This document shows positions 27,929-37,577 of a stretch of DNA of 64,000 bases, in pieces. This stretch comes from an uncultured delta proteobacterium (GTDB lineage Bacteria > Desulfobacterota > Desulfobacteria > Desulfobacterales > CAWEAR01). Below the pieces are notes generated by a model. The model worked only from the letters and a program-made list of their open reading frames with translations. It was not told where the DNA came from and did no database searches. A program made the position numbers and the translations under genes. The stretch spans positions 33,992 to 97,991 of the forward strand of contig CAWEAR010000033.1 of the NCBI GenBank assembly GCA_963806835.1, given 5' to 3'. Every line of letters starts with the position of its first letter. Within the stretch, counting starts at the first letter, position 1.

Positions 27929-28966
27929 ATGTCATTAAGATTCTTAATTATACATGAAAGCATTGTAATCAGAAATATCATTCAGCGATATATTGCAGCA
28001 GATTATCATGAAGCTACTATTGATTTAAGTCATTCTGCTGAGAATGCCAAACAATTGCTGAAAGAGAGAAAGTACGATCTGATCTTCTCCGGCATGGAGA
28101 TGGCTGAGACAAACGGAATTGATTTGTGTCATCAGACACGGCTTTCCGGTATCAATCAGAAGACGCCGATGATTATTATGATTGCTACGGATAATCAGTC
28201 GCGGCGCAGACGATTTGCTGAAGAAGGGATTCATTATATTCTCCCCATCCCTTTTACTTCATCTCAATTCAGGGCATTACTCTCCAAAATTTTTTATTCA
28301 GATGTTCATGGTATCCCTCTTTACAGCAATATACTGAAAAACAGGGCGATTATTCAGATAAACGGGAAGCATATTCTGGCTTATGTCATTAATATTTCAA
28401 TGGATAGTGTAATATGTGAGCTGATTTACCCTGAAAAGAATGAATCCCTTATTATTGCTTCTCAGATAACTGTCCAGTTTCCGATAGATTATGGAAGAGC
28501 TATCATGATTAATATTATAGCTGATTTGCCGGATGGTCTGAGAATCAGCGGGAGTCAGAATGAATCTTTTCATCATCGCCCTGTTATCACAGGAAAAGCA
28601 GTCTGGAAATCTTTTGAGCTGATCTCTGCCACAAAAAAGAGCCTGAAGATGTCTTTAAATCAGGAGACTGATTTAGAATCCAAGTATCTTTCCGGACTCA
28701 GTTCTTCCCTTATTAAAGAGAATGAAGGATTACGGGCTGAATTAAATGCGTTTCATGCTGAAAAGCAGGGGCTTCTGCTTCAGATTTCCCGGCTGGTAAA
28801 GAGAATTGCAGAGCTTCAAAAAGGAGTGTCTTCTTCATTAAAAGATGTTTCGCTCAGTTCTCTGATTAATGAGGTTGCCAAACGCTCTGATGATCCTTCA
28901 AAACTGCCTATATTCAAAAGGATTATTGAAGATAATGTGAAATTAAGAGATGCGTTAAAACCCTAA
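27929..28966 (+). CDS. Degenerate receiver domain + PilZ-like domain + C-terminal coiled coil
   Basis: The first ~120 aa align to CheY-like receivers, but the acidic pair is HE, the phospho-acceptor position reads IFSG (Gly) and the conserved Lys is absent. The central NISMDSVICEL resembles the PilZ (D/N)xSxxG motif without RxxxR. The C-terminus is heptad-rich (LRAELNAFHAEKQGLLLQISRLVKRIAELQ). Confidence 0.5.
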   Translation: MSLRFLIIHESIVIRNIIQRYIAADYHEATIDLSHSAENAKQLLKERKYDLIFSGMEMAETNGIDLCHQTRLSGINQKTPMIIMIATDNQSRRRRFAEEGIHYILPIPFTSSQFRALLSKIFYSDVHGIPLYSNILKNRAIIQINGKHILAYVINISMDSVICELIYPEKNESLIIASQITVQFPIDYGRAIMINIIADLPDGLRISGSQNESFHHRPVITGKAVWKSFELISATKKSLKMSLNQETDLESKYLSGLSSSLIKENEGLRAELNAFHAEKQGLLLQISRLVKRIAELQKGVSSSLKDVSLSSLINEVAKRSDDPSKLPIFKRIIEDNVKLRDALKP

Positions 28967-29054
28967 TGGTTTTTGAGATTGACTTTCTTTTAAGTCAGAT
29001 TTAAGAGAAGAAACCAAGTTTTTTATATACTTTAATACAAAAGGAGTTTGAATC

Positions 29055-29854
29055 ATGTTTACAACAGTCGGAAAAGCGATCCGGATGGAACGGATTATGA
29101 ACCGGAACACCCGTAAAACCGTGATTGTTCCTATGGATCATGGCGTGAGTGTGGGACCTATAAAAGGGCTGATAGATATGTCAGAAACCGTTAATTTGGT
29201 TGCCGAAGGAGGTGCAAATGCAGTTATCGGACATATCGGACTGCCGCGTCACGGGCACCGGAAGCAGGGAAAAGATATTGGACTGATTCTTCATCTTTCC
29301 GCATCCAGCACCCTATCCCCCAAGCCGAACAGAAAAGTTCTTGTAAATACAGTTGAAAACGCCCTGCGCATGGGAGCAGACGGGGTTTCTATCCATATCA
29401 ATATCGGCGATGATAATGAAGCTGAGATGCTCAGGGATTTTGGAAAGGTTGCGATTGAATGCAGTTACTGGGGAATGCCTCTGATTGCAATGATGTATCC
29501 CAGAGGGGAGAAGATTGAAGATGAAAAAGATGTAAGTGTTGTTAAAATTGCAGCAAGAATCGGAGCCGAACTGGCGCAGGATTTTGTCAAAACCAATTAT
29601 ACCGGAGACCCGGAATCTTTTGCAGAGGTGGTTGAGGGGTGTCCGGTTCCTGTTCTGATTGCCGGAGGAAGCAAATCAGGCACTGAAGAGATGTTTAAGA
29701 CTATCGAAGGGGCAATGAAGGCTGGTGCAAAAGGCTTGTCTATCGGCAGAAATGTATTTCAGCATGAAAACCCGACCTTGTTTGTCAAAGCCGCGTGTGC
29801 AATTGTCCATGACAATCTGAGCGCAAAGAGGCGCTGGAGATGCTGAAGAGTTAG
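29055..29854 (+). CDS. Class I aldolase of the DhnA/FbaB family, ADH-synthase (AroA-prime)-like; 3'-terminal frameshift
   Basis: KAIRMERI...[14 protein letters not shown], and the Schiff-base Lys context DFVKTNYTG. The annotated end ...LSAKRRWRC* becomes the typical [12 protein letters not shown] (stop at 29852-29854) if AAA is read as AAAA at ~29825. Confidence 0.65.
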
Positions 29855-29904
29855 GAATAAAAGTAATCATTTTGTTGCATGGATGCCGTAATAAAACCTG
29901 ATAA

Positions 29905-29943
29905 AGAGCTTGAAGGTTCCATGAACCTTCAAGCTCTTTTTTT
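29905..29943. terminator. Rho-independent terminator (bidirectional context)
   Basis: 14-bp perfect stem AGAGCTTGAAGGTT / AACCTTCAAGCTCT with loop CCATG, followed by TTTTTTT. It lies between convergent genes. Confidence 0.8.
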
Positions 29944-29963
29944 ATTACAGCATATTTTTATTC

Positions 29964-31343
29964 TTATGGCTTCATGAACGTTGTTCCGACTGCAAGGTAA
30001 CTGTATCCTCCGGCAACCAGATCTTCAAAATCAGGAATCATACGCCTTCCGTCAATAATCAGATAAGGCGGTTTGACGCTCTTCTCTATTGTTCTTGACA
30101 CACCCCGGAATTCTTCCCAGTCCGTAGATATAAAAAGAGCATCAGAGCCTTCAATCGCCTCTCTTGCGCTTGGATAATATTCTATTTTTTCAAACAGAAT
30201 ATTCCTGGATGGTGAAAAAACGTTTTGTGCGCTTTCATTTGCCAAAGGATCATACGCTTTTATCTTAGCAACCCCTTTTCCCAGAAGTGATTCAATCACT
30301 TTGATTGAAGAAGCATCTCGCATGTCATTGGTATGTTTCTTAAAAGCAAGACCAAGCACGGCTATTGTTTTATTATTGAATTTAAAACCCGCTTCTGTAA
30401 TTGCCCGTTCTACAAGATAAACCTTCTGATATTCATTCACTTCATAAGACGCCTCAAGCATCTTGGTATTGACATTGGCATTTCTCAACTGATAAATCAG
30501 AGAGGCAATATCTTTTCCAAAACAACTCCCCCCTGCTCCGTTGCTGACAAAAGAACCCCATGTACTTATCCTGTCATCTGACGTAACTCCGAGCCGGAGG
30601 TCATCTATATTTACATTCGGAAATTTCTCTCCGATCTTTGCGCCCACGCCGTTCCAGAAAGAGATATAAGTTAAAAGCATTGTATTTGCAACATATTTTA
30701 TAGCCTCCGCAGTCTCAGGCGTTGTTTCAATATATTTTATCCGAACATGGTTGATAAACTGGGAATAGACACGGCGGAGAATTTTAAAATCAGCCTCGTG
30801 ATCGCACCCCACAACAACCCGATCCGGTTTCCGAGCCTGATTAATTGCCGTGCCTTCAGCTAAAAATTCAGGATTTGATGCAACCCCGAAATTCTTTACT
30901 TCATGGGCATTCATAATCTGCTCAAGATGCCTTGCAGTTCCGATAGGTACCGTGCTTTTATTGATAAAGAGAATCCGATGCTCCTGATTCTCTCTTGCGG
31001 CAACAGCTTCCGCCAAATCCTCAGCCGCAGCATTGTAAAATACCAGATTGGTCGAGCCGTCCAGATTCGGCGGCGTGGGAAGGCATAAGAAGATTGCATC
31101 CGTTCCTTTGATAACAGATTTCAAATCACTTAAAAAAAAGAGATATTTTCCGACTGTCTCTTTAATAATGGCAGCCAGCCCCGGTTCATTCACATATTTT
31201 TCTATTTTTTCCGGCTGTCCCGTTGAAAACGCCTCTATCTTTTTTATATCATTGTCATAAGCATAGACTTCATGCCCGTATTCCGAACATACAGCCGCAT
31301 GGACAAGCCCGACATATCCGGTTCCCGCAACAATTATTTTCAT
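29964..31343 (-). CDS. ugd: UDP-glucose/GDP-mannose dehydrogenase family protein (UDP-glucose 6-dehydrogenase-like)
   Basis: 459 aa. N-terminal Rossmann motif MKIIVAGTGYVGLV and the catalytic Cys motif GAGGSCFGKD. Confidence 0.85.
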   Translation of the reverse strand: MKIIVAGTGYVGLVHAAVCSEYGHEVYAYDNDIKKIEAFSTGQPEKIEKYVNEPGLAAIIKETVGKYLFFLSDLKSVIKGTDAIFLCLPTPPNLDGSTNLVFYNAAAEDLAEAVAARENQEHRILFINKSTVPIGTARHLEQIMNAHEVKNFGVASNPEFLAEGTAINQARKPDRVVVGCDHEADFKILRRVYSQFINHVRIKYIETTPETAEAIKYVANTMLLTYISFWNGVGAKIGEKFPNVNIDDLRLGVTSDDRISTWGSFVSNGAGGSCFGKDIASLIYQLRNANVNTKMLEASYEVNEYQKVYLVERAITEAGFKFNNKTIAVLGLAFKKHTNDMRDASSIKVIESLLGKGVAKIKAYDPLANESAQNVFSPSRNILFEKIEYYPSAREAIEGSDALFISTDWEEFRGVSRTIEKSVKPPYLIIDGRRMIPDFEDLVAGGYSYLAVGTTFMKP

Positions 31344-31391
31344 ACAACTCCTTTTATCAGTTATCAGTGAATATTGACAATTGATAACTGT

Positions 31392-31658
31392 TCACTGCTT
31401 CAATTCCACAAGCGTAGCTCCCCAGCTTCCGGCTTCAATAGGAGCATCTTTGAAAGATTTTACCATCGGATTCTTTTTTAAAAGCTCCTGAACCCGTTTT
31501 TTTAAAATTCCTTTTCCTTTTCCGTGAATAACCCGAACTGAAAATATATTAGCCTGAATACACTCATAAAAATAATCTTCCAGAAGATTAGGCGCATCTT
31601 TGGGCTGAAATGTATGTAAATCAAGTACATCTTCTATTGGAAATTGAACCGGCTTCAT
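31392..31658 (-). CDS. Smr domain protein
   Basis: 88 aa. LDLHTF...VRVIHGKGKGILKKRVQELLKKNPMVKSF...GSWGATLVEL matches the Smr/MutS2 C-terminal nuclease domain pattern. Confidence 0.8.
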   Translation of the reverse strand: MKPVQFPIEDVLDLHTFQPKDAPNLLEDYFYECIQANIFSVRVIHGKGKGILKKRVQELLKKNPMVKSFKDAPIEAGSWGATLVELKQ

Positions 31659-31919
31659 TTGTTATCCTTTTGCCATAGTCATAATCACTGCTCAGTCAGG
31701 TTTACGATATATTTTTCAGCCATGCAGTCTTCCTTTTTCAAAATATCAGGAGGAGATTATCATATCAGAACCCACCCGTCAAATTCATTGCGGTCAGGTA
31801 GTAGAAAAGTCCTGCCATATTCAGCAGAAATAGCTCAACCGGCTGTCTCTGCTTTATTTAAGACCCTGATGATTTTTAAAACCATCAGGTTTTCTCTTTA
31901 AAAACCATTGATATTAAAA

Positions 31920-32417
31920 TTAAATGTTTTTACGGTACAGCAGTTCATTGAATCCGGGTTTAATCAGACCGCATATAGCGGCTATTTTTACAAATTCCTT
32001 CCGTTCATAGAAATTAACTGCATTTTGATTAAATTCAGATACTATTACCCAAAGGTTTTCTGATTCTGTTTTGGATTGCATTTCCGCCCATTTTATAATT
32101 TCATTGCCGATTCCTGTTCTCTGATAAGATTCAAAGATTCCAAGCATTTCTATGTAAGCTCCGCGCAGCCATGGATAGCGGATACCTGTAACACCGCAGA
32201 TATTATCCTCTTTCACAATAACATATCGTTTTAAAGCAGTATCTTGTCGGAGAAGATATTTAAAAAGACTCTCAGATGAGTAATTCAGTGTACGCCATGG
32301 ATCGAGTTTTGCCAAATGATTGCTTATCAGTCCGGCATCATTATTATTGTTCAGAAATTTAAGCATACAGGAATGTAATATATAAGACTGATCTGAAAAC
32401 GGAGTCTTTTTTGTCAT
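31920..32417 (-). CDS. GNAT family N-acetyltransferase
   Basis: 165 aa. Acetyl-CoA binding block YQRTGIGNEIIKWAE and C-terminal NAVNFYERKEF. Confidence 0.7.
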   Translation of the reverse strand: MTKKTPFSDQSYILHSCMLKFLNNNNDAGLISNHLAKLDPWRTLNYSSESLFKYLLRQDTALKRYVIVKEDNICGVTGIRYPWLRGAYIEMLGIFESYQRTGIGNEIIKWAEMQSKTESENLWVIVSEFNQNAVNFYERKEFVKIAAICGLIKPGFNELLYRKNI

Positions 32418-33472
32418 TTTTCTGCTCCTGCTTTTTTATCATACCGTAAATTATCACCGGGTTTTAATTCATAACATTCTTCGGCTGAAACAATTTCTCC
32501 CATGCAAATAAGTTCGCTGACCGTAACAAATGTAAAGCCTCTTTCTTTTAATTCAGGGATAAAGACGGGTAATGCCTCAGCGGTACCGTATCCTCTGCCG
32601 TTGGCATGACAGACAATAATTGAACCCGGTTTTGTCTGACTCAGAACAATTCTGCTGATCTCTTTGTCGCTCTGCTTTGGAGAAGGGTCTCCGGTCACCA
32701 CATCCCACTGAACTGCTGATAAGCCATGTTTAGCCAGTATATTTAATGCAACTGAACTGCATGTTCCGTAGGGAAACCGGAATATCATAATCATCTTAGG
32801 TATTTTTTCTGTTTCACTGAGATCAGAATTTTTCATACAGATTCTTTTCATCAGTTCACCCCGCAAAAGTTCATATTGGGACTGTGTAAAGAGAATCTGC
32901 TCTTCAATCTCTTTCTCTTTTAAAATTCTCAGATTTCTGTGTGACCATGAATGGTTGCCGATTTCAAACAGAGGATCTGCCATAATTTGCATACTCTTTT
33001 CCGGGTGGGAGCGCATCCATTTTCCGCCGGCAAAAAAGGTTGCTCTGATTTTATTTGTTCTTAAATAATTGACAATTTCAGAATCATATCCGCTTACCTC
33101 ATTTGCAGCTTCACAAAGATCAAATGTCAGAGCAATAATTTTCAGATTATTATAAGGTTTTACACAGCGTATTGAATTTTTTCTCTCTTTAACCAGAAGG
33201 GGAAGTCTGAAATCAGGAGATATTTTTAAAGGAGGAGTATTATCAGATATTTTCAGTTTTTTTATCTTTTTATCATCAGGACTCCCCTGCAATTCTTTAT
33301 CTGTCCAGCAGGCTTCCAAAATTTTTTGTGAGCCGAATTTCATATCTGTAAAATCCTCTTTTTTTTCTGCTTCAGATAGGCTATAAACAAGACAGACTAT
33401 AAACAGACAGATTGACATGGAAGTTATTTTTTTCATTATAAGCAGGGAAAACCTGATGATTGCAGAAAACAT
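32414..33472 (-). CDS. Polysaccharide deacetylase (NodB homology) family protein, secreted
   Basis: IALTFDLCE..., [25 protein letters not shown], and a signal-peptide-like segment. The likely true start is the internal Met at 33436. It overlaps the GNAT gene by 4 nt. Confidence 0.7.
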   Translation of the reverse strand: MFSAIIRFSLLIMKKITSMSICLFIVCLVYSLSEAEKKEDFTDMKFGSQKILEACWTDKELQGSPDDKKIKKLKISDNTPPLKISPDFRLPLLVKERKNSIRCVKPYNNLKIIALTFDLCEAANEVSGYDSEIVNYLRTNKIRATFFAGGKWMRSHPEKSMQIMADPLFEIGNHSWSHRNLRILKEKEIEEQILFTQSQYELLRGELMKRICMKNSDLSETEKIPKMIMIFRFPYGTCSSVALNILAKHGLSAVQWDVVTGDPSPKQSDKEISRIVLSQTKPGSIIVCHANGRGYGTAEALPVFIPELKERGFTFVTVSELICMGEIVSAEECYELKPGDNLRYDKKAGAEK

Positions 33473-33519
33473 CAGGTTTTATTCCTACAATATTTTTTCA
33501 GTCAGATCAAACTATTTTT

Positions 33520-34551
33520 ATGCCGAATAAAATCTTAAAATATTCATCAGATATTCAGGGCATGGTTTCCGGTTCATCTTTACCGATTGATCTGGATAAT
33601 GGAATCCTCTCTCTGCGTCCTGAAAAATTATCTGACTATGTGGGACAGCAGGAGGTGGTTGAAACCCTTAAAATCGCTATTGAAGCCGCAAAAAAACGAA
33701 AAGAGCCTTTAGAACATCTCCTTTTTCACGAACCTCCGGGGCTTGGGAAAACCACGCTTGCGCACATCATAAGCAATGAAATGGGGGGGAAACTTACTGT
33801 AACATCGGGTCCTGCTCTTGAAAAAGGAGGGGATTTAATCGGTATTCTGACACATCTTGAAGAGGGGGATGTTCTTTTTGTGGATGAAATTCACCGTATT
33901 CCAAGAACTGTTGAAGAGTTTCTGTATCCGGCAATGGAGGATTTTGCAGTTGATTTTGTCTTTGACAAAGGAGTTCATGCACGAAGCCACAGATACCGCC
34001 TGAAACAATTTACCCTTGTCGGAGCAACAACCCGTGTGGGTCTTCTCTCAGCCCCTTTGCGTGACAGATTCGGCATATTCAGAAGCCTTGACTTTTACAG
34101 TGAAGATGATCTGGTAAAAATTACAATGCGTTCTGCTGCATTACTGAACATTGTCATTGATGATGGGGGCGCAGCAGAGCTTGCAAAACGCTCCAGAGGA
34201 ACCCCCAGAATTGTAAACAGGCTTTTAAAACGGGTCAGAGATTATGCACAGGTCAGGGGAGACGGAAAAATCATCAAAGAGACTGTATCTGTTGCCCTCT
34301 CGTTAGAAGGTGTTGATGAAAAAGGACTTACAAACCTTGATCGCCGTTACCTGAAAACAGTTATTGAATTTTACAAAGGGGGACCTGTCGGGATTGAAGC
34401 AATTGCCGCAACTCTTCAGGAGGAGACAGATACCCTTGTTGATGTGGTTGAGCCGTATCTGCTGAAGGTCGGGCTGATTATAAGAACATCATCCGGCAGA
34501 AAAGTATCAAAAGAAGCATATAAGCATTTGGAAAAAATAATAAGTAGTTAA
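33520..34551 (+). CDS. ruvB: Holliday junction branch migration helicase RuvB
   Basis: [12 protein letters not shown]..., Walker A region [11 protein letters not shown], Walker [10 protein letters not shown], sensor TLVGATTR, and [16 protein letters not shown]. The track ORF opens at TTG 33460. An ATG at 33520 or 33562 is more plausible. Confidence 0.9.
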   Translation: MPNKILKYSSDIQGMVSGSSLPIDLDNGILSLRPEKLSDYVGQQEVVETLKIAIEAAKKRKEPLEHLLFHEPPGLGKTTLAHIISNEMGGKLTVTSGPALEKGGDLIGILTHLEEGDVLFVDEIHRIPRTVEEFLYPAMEDFAVDFVFDKGVHARSHRYRLKQFTLVGATTRVGLLSAPLRDRFGIFRSLDFYSEDDLVKITMRSAALLNIVIDDGGAAELAKRSRGTPRIVNRLLKRVRDYAQVRGDGKIIKETVSVALSLEGVDEKGLTNLDRRYLKTVIEFYKGGPVGIEAIAATLQEETDTLVDVVEPYLLKVGLIIRTSSGRKVSKEAYKHLEKIISS

Positions 34552-34594
34552 GTTTCTTTAAAAAATTTGGCTTTTTTGACAAGGAAAGTAATTC

Positions 34595-37018
34595 ATGTAT
34601 CCGATACAAAAAACAGGTACACCTGTGAATAAACAGAAGCGTGAGGAGACAGGAACTGTACTTATAGCCCTGATTTTCGTTATGATAGCAGTTGCCGCAA
34701 TCGGGCTGATTACATTATCTGTAAATACCATATCTACATACAGTCAAATGAATGTGAATAATTTCAATAAAGCATATTATCTTGCAGAATCAGGCTGTAG
34801 ATGTTTTAGAAAGGGAATTTTTCCGATGCCTTATACAAGTAATGATTATACATTGACAGACGGAGGAAAAATTTCTGTAAAAAAAGAAGGGATGAAAACC
34901 TTTTCGATCAAAGGTATTGTAAATCAGGGAACAATCTTTGAAGCGGCAAGAAAAATTTATTGTATTGATAGTCCTTCCTGTGTCAATACTTTATCTGTGT
35001 GTAATAATAATACTTTTATCTCTAAGGGTTTGAGCTACTGGAATTTTGATGATAATTCTGATCCGGGAAATGATTCATGGGATGGCAATCATGCAACATT
35101 AAACGGTGCTTTATCATGGTCAGATGTATTGGAAGAAAAAGGAATTGTAAACAGTGCGTTGGAATTTGATGGAAGCGATGATTATTTATACACTCCTTTT
35201 AAACCGAATGTAATCGTAGATAATAATCCTTTTACAATCATGTTCTGGGCAAAACCGAATAGTTCAGGAAAGCAGACTATTCTCGGTACAAGTGCCGGAA
35301 CAAATAATCTTTCTGTAGGAATTGATTCAGGTAACTGGTATTGGGAATATGGAGATAAATTTTCAGTTACAATTCCAGAGCTTCTGTCTGTATCCAATCA
35401 ATGGCAGCATATTACTCTTGTTTATACCGGAATTCCGGATCAGAAGATGATTCTTTATGTTAATGGAGAACAATCAGCAAGTTATGATTACGGAACTTCC
35501 GGCGGCAATGCAGCAATGCCGGGTACTGATCTGTTTATCGGAGCAAAAAATGATAACGGAAGCGGCGATATTGAATATTTTAACGGTTTCCTTGATGAAT
35601 TGGCAATTTATAACAGAGCATTAGATTATAATGAAATTAAAAGAGTTGTCTGTATCAATGGTTTGAGCTACTGGAATTTCAATGATGAATATAATCCGGG
35701 AAAAGATTACTGGGGAGGTAAAAATGCTGTTTTAAACGGCGCAGCATCATGGACAGATATTTGGCAAAATGACTTTACCAACTGCCTTACAGAATTTGAA
35801 GGAGTTGACGGATTTTTGGAATTTGACGGAACAAATGTTTATCTTTCCGCGCAGTTTAAACCTAATGTTATCAAAGATGATAAACCTTTTACAGTATTAT
35901 TATGGGCAAAGCCGACAAACTTGGGAACTCCTCAAACCTTACTCGGAACAACTGACGGAACAAATCATTTTTCCATCGGAATTAATGTTTCAGACAAATG
36001 GTATTGGGAATACGGGGATAAATCTTCAGATACATCCATATCTGGGGTGAACAATTGGCAACATATCGCTCTTGTTTATACAGGCGATTCTGGAAACATG
36101 ATTACATACTTCAATGCTTCTCAATCCGTCTCTTATGATTACGGAACTTCAGGCGGAAACGCAGCAATGCCGAATCAATATCTTTTTATCGGAGCAAAAA
36201 ACAATAACGGAACAGGTGCTGTTGAACATTTTAAGGGATTCCTTGATGAAACAGCAATTTATGACAGGGCATTAACTGTCTGTGAAATCAGAGAATTTTA
36301 CAATGCTGTATGTCATGCAGGATGTGAAGCGGTTGCATATTATCCGTTCAATTGCAATGCTGATGATGAAAGCGGATGGTGTAGGTCAGGAAACGGAAAT
36401 AAAGGAGAAGTCAACGGAGCAGTATTGACAGGAGATCGGTTCAGTTGCATTGAAAGGGCATATCAGTTTGACGGAACAGATGATTATATTCATGTTTCTG
36501 ACAATGATACTTTGGATTTATCTACTGAAGGAACATTGGCGGCATGGATTTATATCAATGATTACAGAGAGCTTGGCGGAATTATACATAAGGGGGATAA
36601 GGGAAATTTTACTGATGAAGCATATTCTCTGCAATTCTGGTTCGGAGAATCCGGTAACGGAAAAAAGAAAATAATCTTTGCCTTACTTGAAGAACCGGCA
36701 GTTTTGCGTTCACTGGTTTCGGATATTCTGCTTAACCTGCATGAATGGTATTATGTTGCAGGTACATGGGATAAAGACGGAATGTATCTTTATATTATTG
36801 ATAAAAATAATCTGCTTACTTATAAAGAAAATACATCAGTAAAAAATATATCTGCAAGAAATACTTCCGGCGGTCTTAATATCGGCTCTCAATTGGGAAG
36901 CGGGAGTTACGGCGGTTACGGGAATTGTCCGTTTAATGGTGTAATTGATGATGTTGTTGTTTCCAATAAGAGATTCAGCGAGGATGAGATCAAAGAATTA
37001 GCATACGATCACCCCTGA
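34595..37018 (+). CDS. PilX-N-like membrane-anchored protein with three LamG (concanavalin-A-like) domains
   Basis: The N-terminus EETGTVLIALIFVMIAVAAIGLITLS...NKAYYLAESG resembles the PilX N-terminal domain. Two ~205-aa near-repeats begin GLSYWNF(D/N)D... and end FLDE.AIY(N/D)RAL. A third LamG-type module carries FNGVIDDVVVSNKRFSEDEI. Confidence 0.6.
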   Translation: MYPIQKTGTPVNKQKREETGTVLIALIFVMIAVAAIGLITLSVNTISTYSQMNVNNFNKAYYLAESGCRCFRKGIFPMPYTSNDYTLTDGGKISVKKEGMKTFSIKGIVNQGTIFEAARKIYCIDSPSCVNTLSVCNNNTFISKGLSYWNFDDNSDPGNDSWDGNHATLNGALSWSDVLEEKGIVNSALEFDGSDDYLYTPFKPNVIVDNNPFTIMFWAKPNSSGKQTILGTSAGTNNLSVGIDSGNWYWEYGDKFSVTIPELLSVSNQWQHITLVYTGIPDQKMILYVNGEQSASYDYGTSGGNAAMPGTDLFIGAKNDNGSGDIEYFNGFLDELAIYNRALDYNEIKRVVCINGLSYWNFNDEYNPGKDYWGGKNAVLNGAASWTDIWQNDFTNCLTEFEGVDGFLEFDGTNVYLSAQFKPNVIKDDKPFTVLLWAKPTNLGTPQTLLGTTDGTNHFSIGINVSDKWYWEYGDKSSDTSISGVNNWQHIALVYTGDSGNMITYFNASQSVSYDYGTSGGNAAMPNQYLFIGAKNNNGTGAVEHFKGFLDETAIYDRALTVCEIREFYNAVCHAGCEAVAYYPFNCNADDESGWCRSGNGNKGEVNGAVLTGDRFSCIERAYQFDGTDDYIHVSDNDTLDLSTEGTLAAWIYINDYRELGGIIHKGDKGNFTDEAYSLQFWFGESGNGKKKIIFALLEEPAVLRSLVSDILLNLHEWYYVAGTWDKDGMYLYIIDKNNLLTYKENTSVKNISARNTSGGLNIGSQLGSGSYGGYGNCPFNGVIDDVVVSNKRFSEDEIKELAYDHP

Positions 37019-37304
37019 TGGTTTGTCCCTCTATCAAATCATCTATATTAAAATAACTATTGGAAATTACCCATGATGTTGTCCGCAGAATTACAAAATC
37101 ACAGTCAGAAGAAACTTCATTGATTCAGATGATTATCCTCTGCTTGTAAGCATCTGTTTATGTGACGATTCCGTTACCGGCAACTTATAAAACGGCTCAA
37201 AGCCTTCGGATTTCAGTTTGACCGTCGTGCTGCAGGCAGTTTCATAAAATCCGGTTTAATCCTCTTATAAGCCGTCATATAATTATTTTGTTCTGCTGAA
37301 TTTT

Positions 37305-37577
37305 TTAAGAATTATCCATCCCCAACAGCATAATATTCAACACTGCCAATGACCGGGAACTGATAACATATCGCGTCTGAAACTGGGAATCAAGACGCCG
37401 GGCAATTTCAGGTCCCCGGGTCAAAAGCCAGGGCGGAACCGTTTCATTATAAATCCCTTTGAGCGGAAGCGGATAATTGGGATGACATATATATGCCTGA
37501 AAATACTCTTCCAATATTTTTTTCATATCTGTTTTGAAGCGCTCCGGGTCGGGCTGATTTTTCCAGAAATTATCCAC
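37305..37577 (-). CDS. Hypothetical 90-aa protein overlapping the 3' end of the helicase-like gene
   Basis: The ORF starts with GTG inside ...TGTGGATAA, an 8-nt overlap with the upstream stop. It has no TM segment and no family I recognise. An alternative ATG lies at codon 18. Confidence 0.4.
   Translation of the reverse strand: MDNFWKNQPDPERFKTDMKKILEEYFQAYICHPNYPLPLKGIYNETVPPWLLTRGPEIARRLDSQFQTRYVISSRSLAVLNIMLLGMDNS

Noticed and set aside
31344-31391. TTATCAGTTATCAG / GATAACTG / CAGTGAA..TTCACTG motifs in the ugd-smr spacer as a structured regulatory element.
   Set aside because: The pieces are permuted rather than forming one consistent hairpin. This is too short and AT-rich to distinguish from chance.
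37021-37304. Possible third gene of the helicase module downstream of the 90-aa ORF (fragments MTAYKRIKPDFMKLPAA.. and ..VKLKSEGFEPFYKLPVTESSHKQ on the minus strand).
   Set aside because: There are only ~20-30-codon open stretches in two frames, with no recognisable family and no convincing start or RBS. This is insufficient to call a gene.
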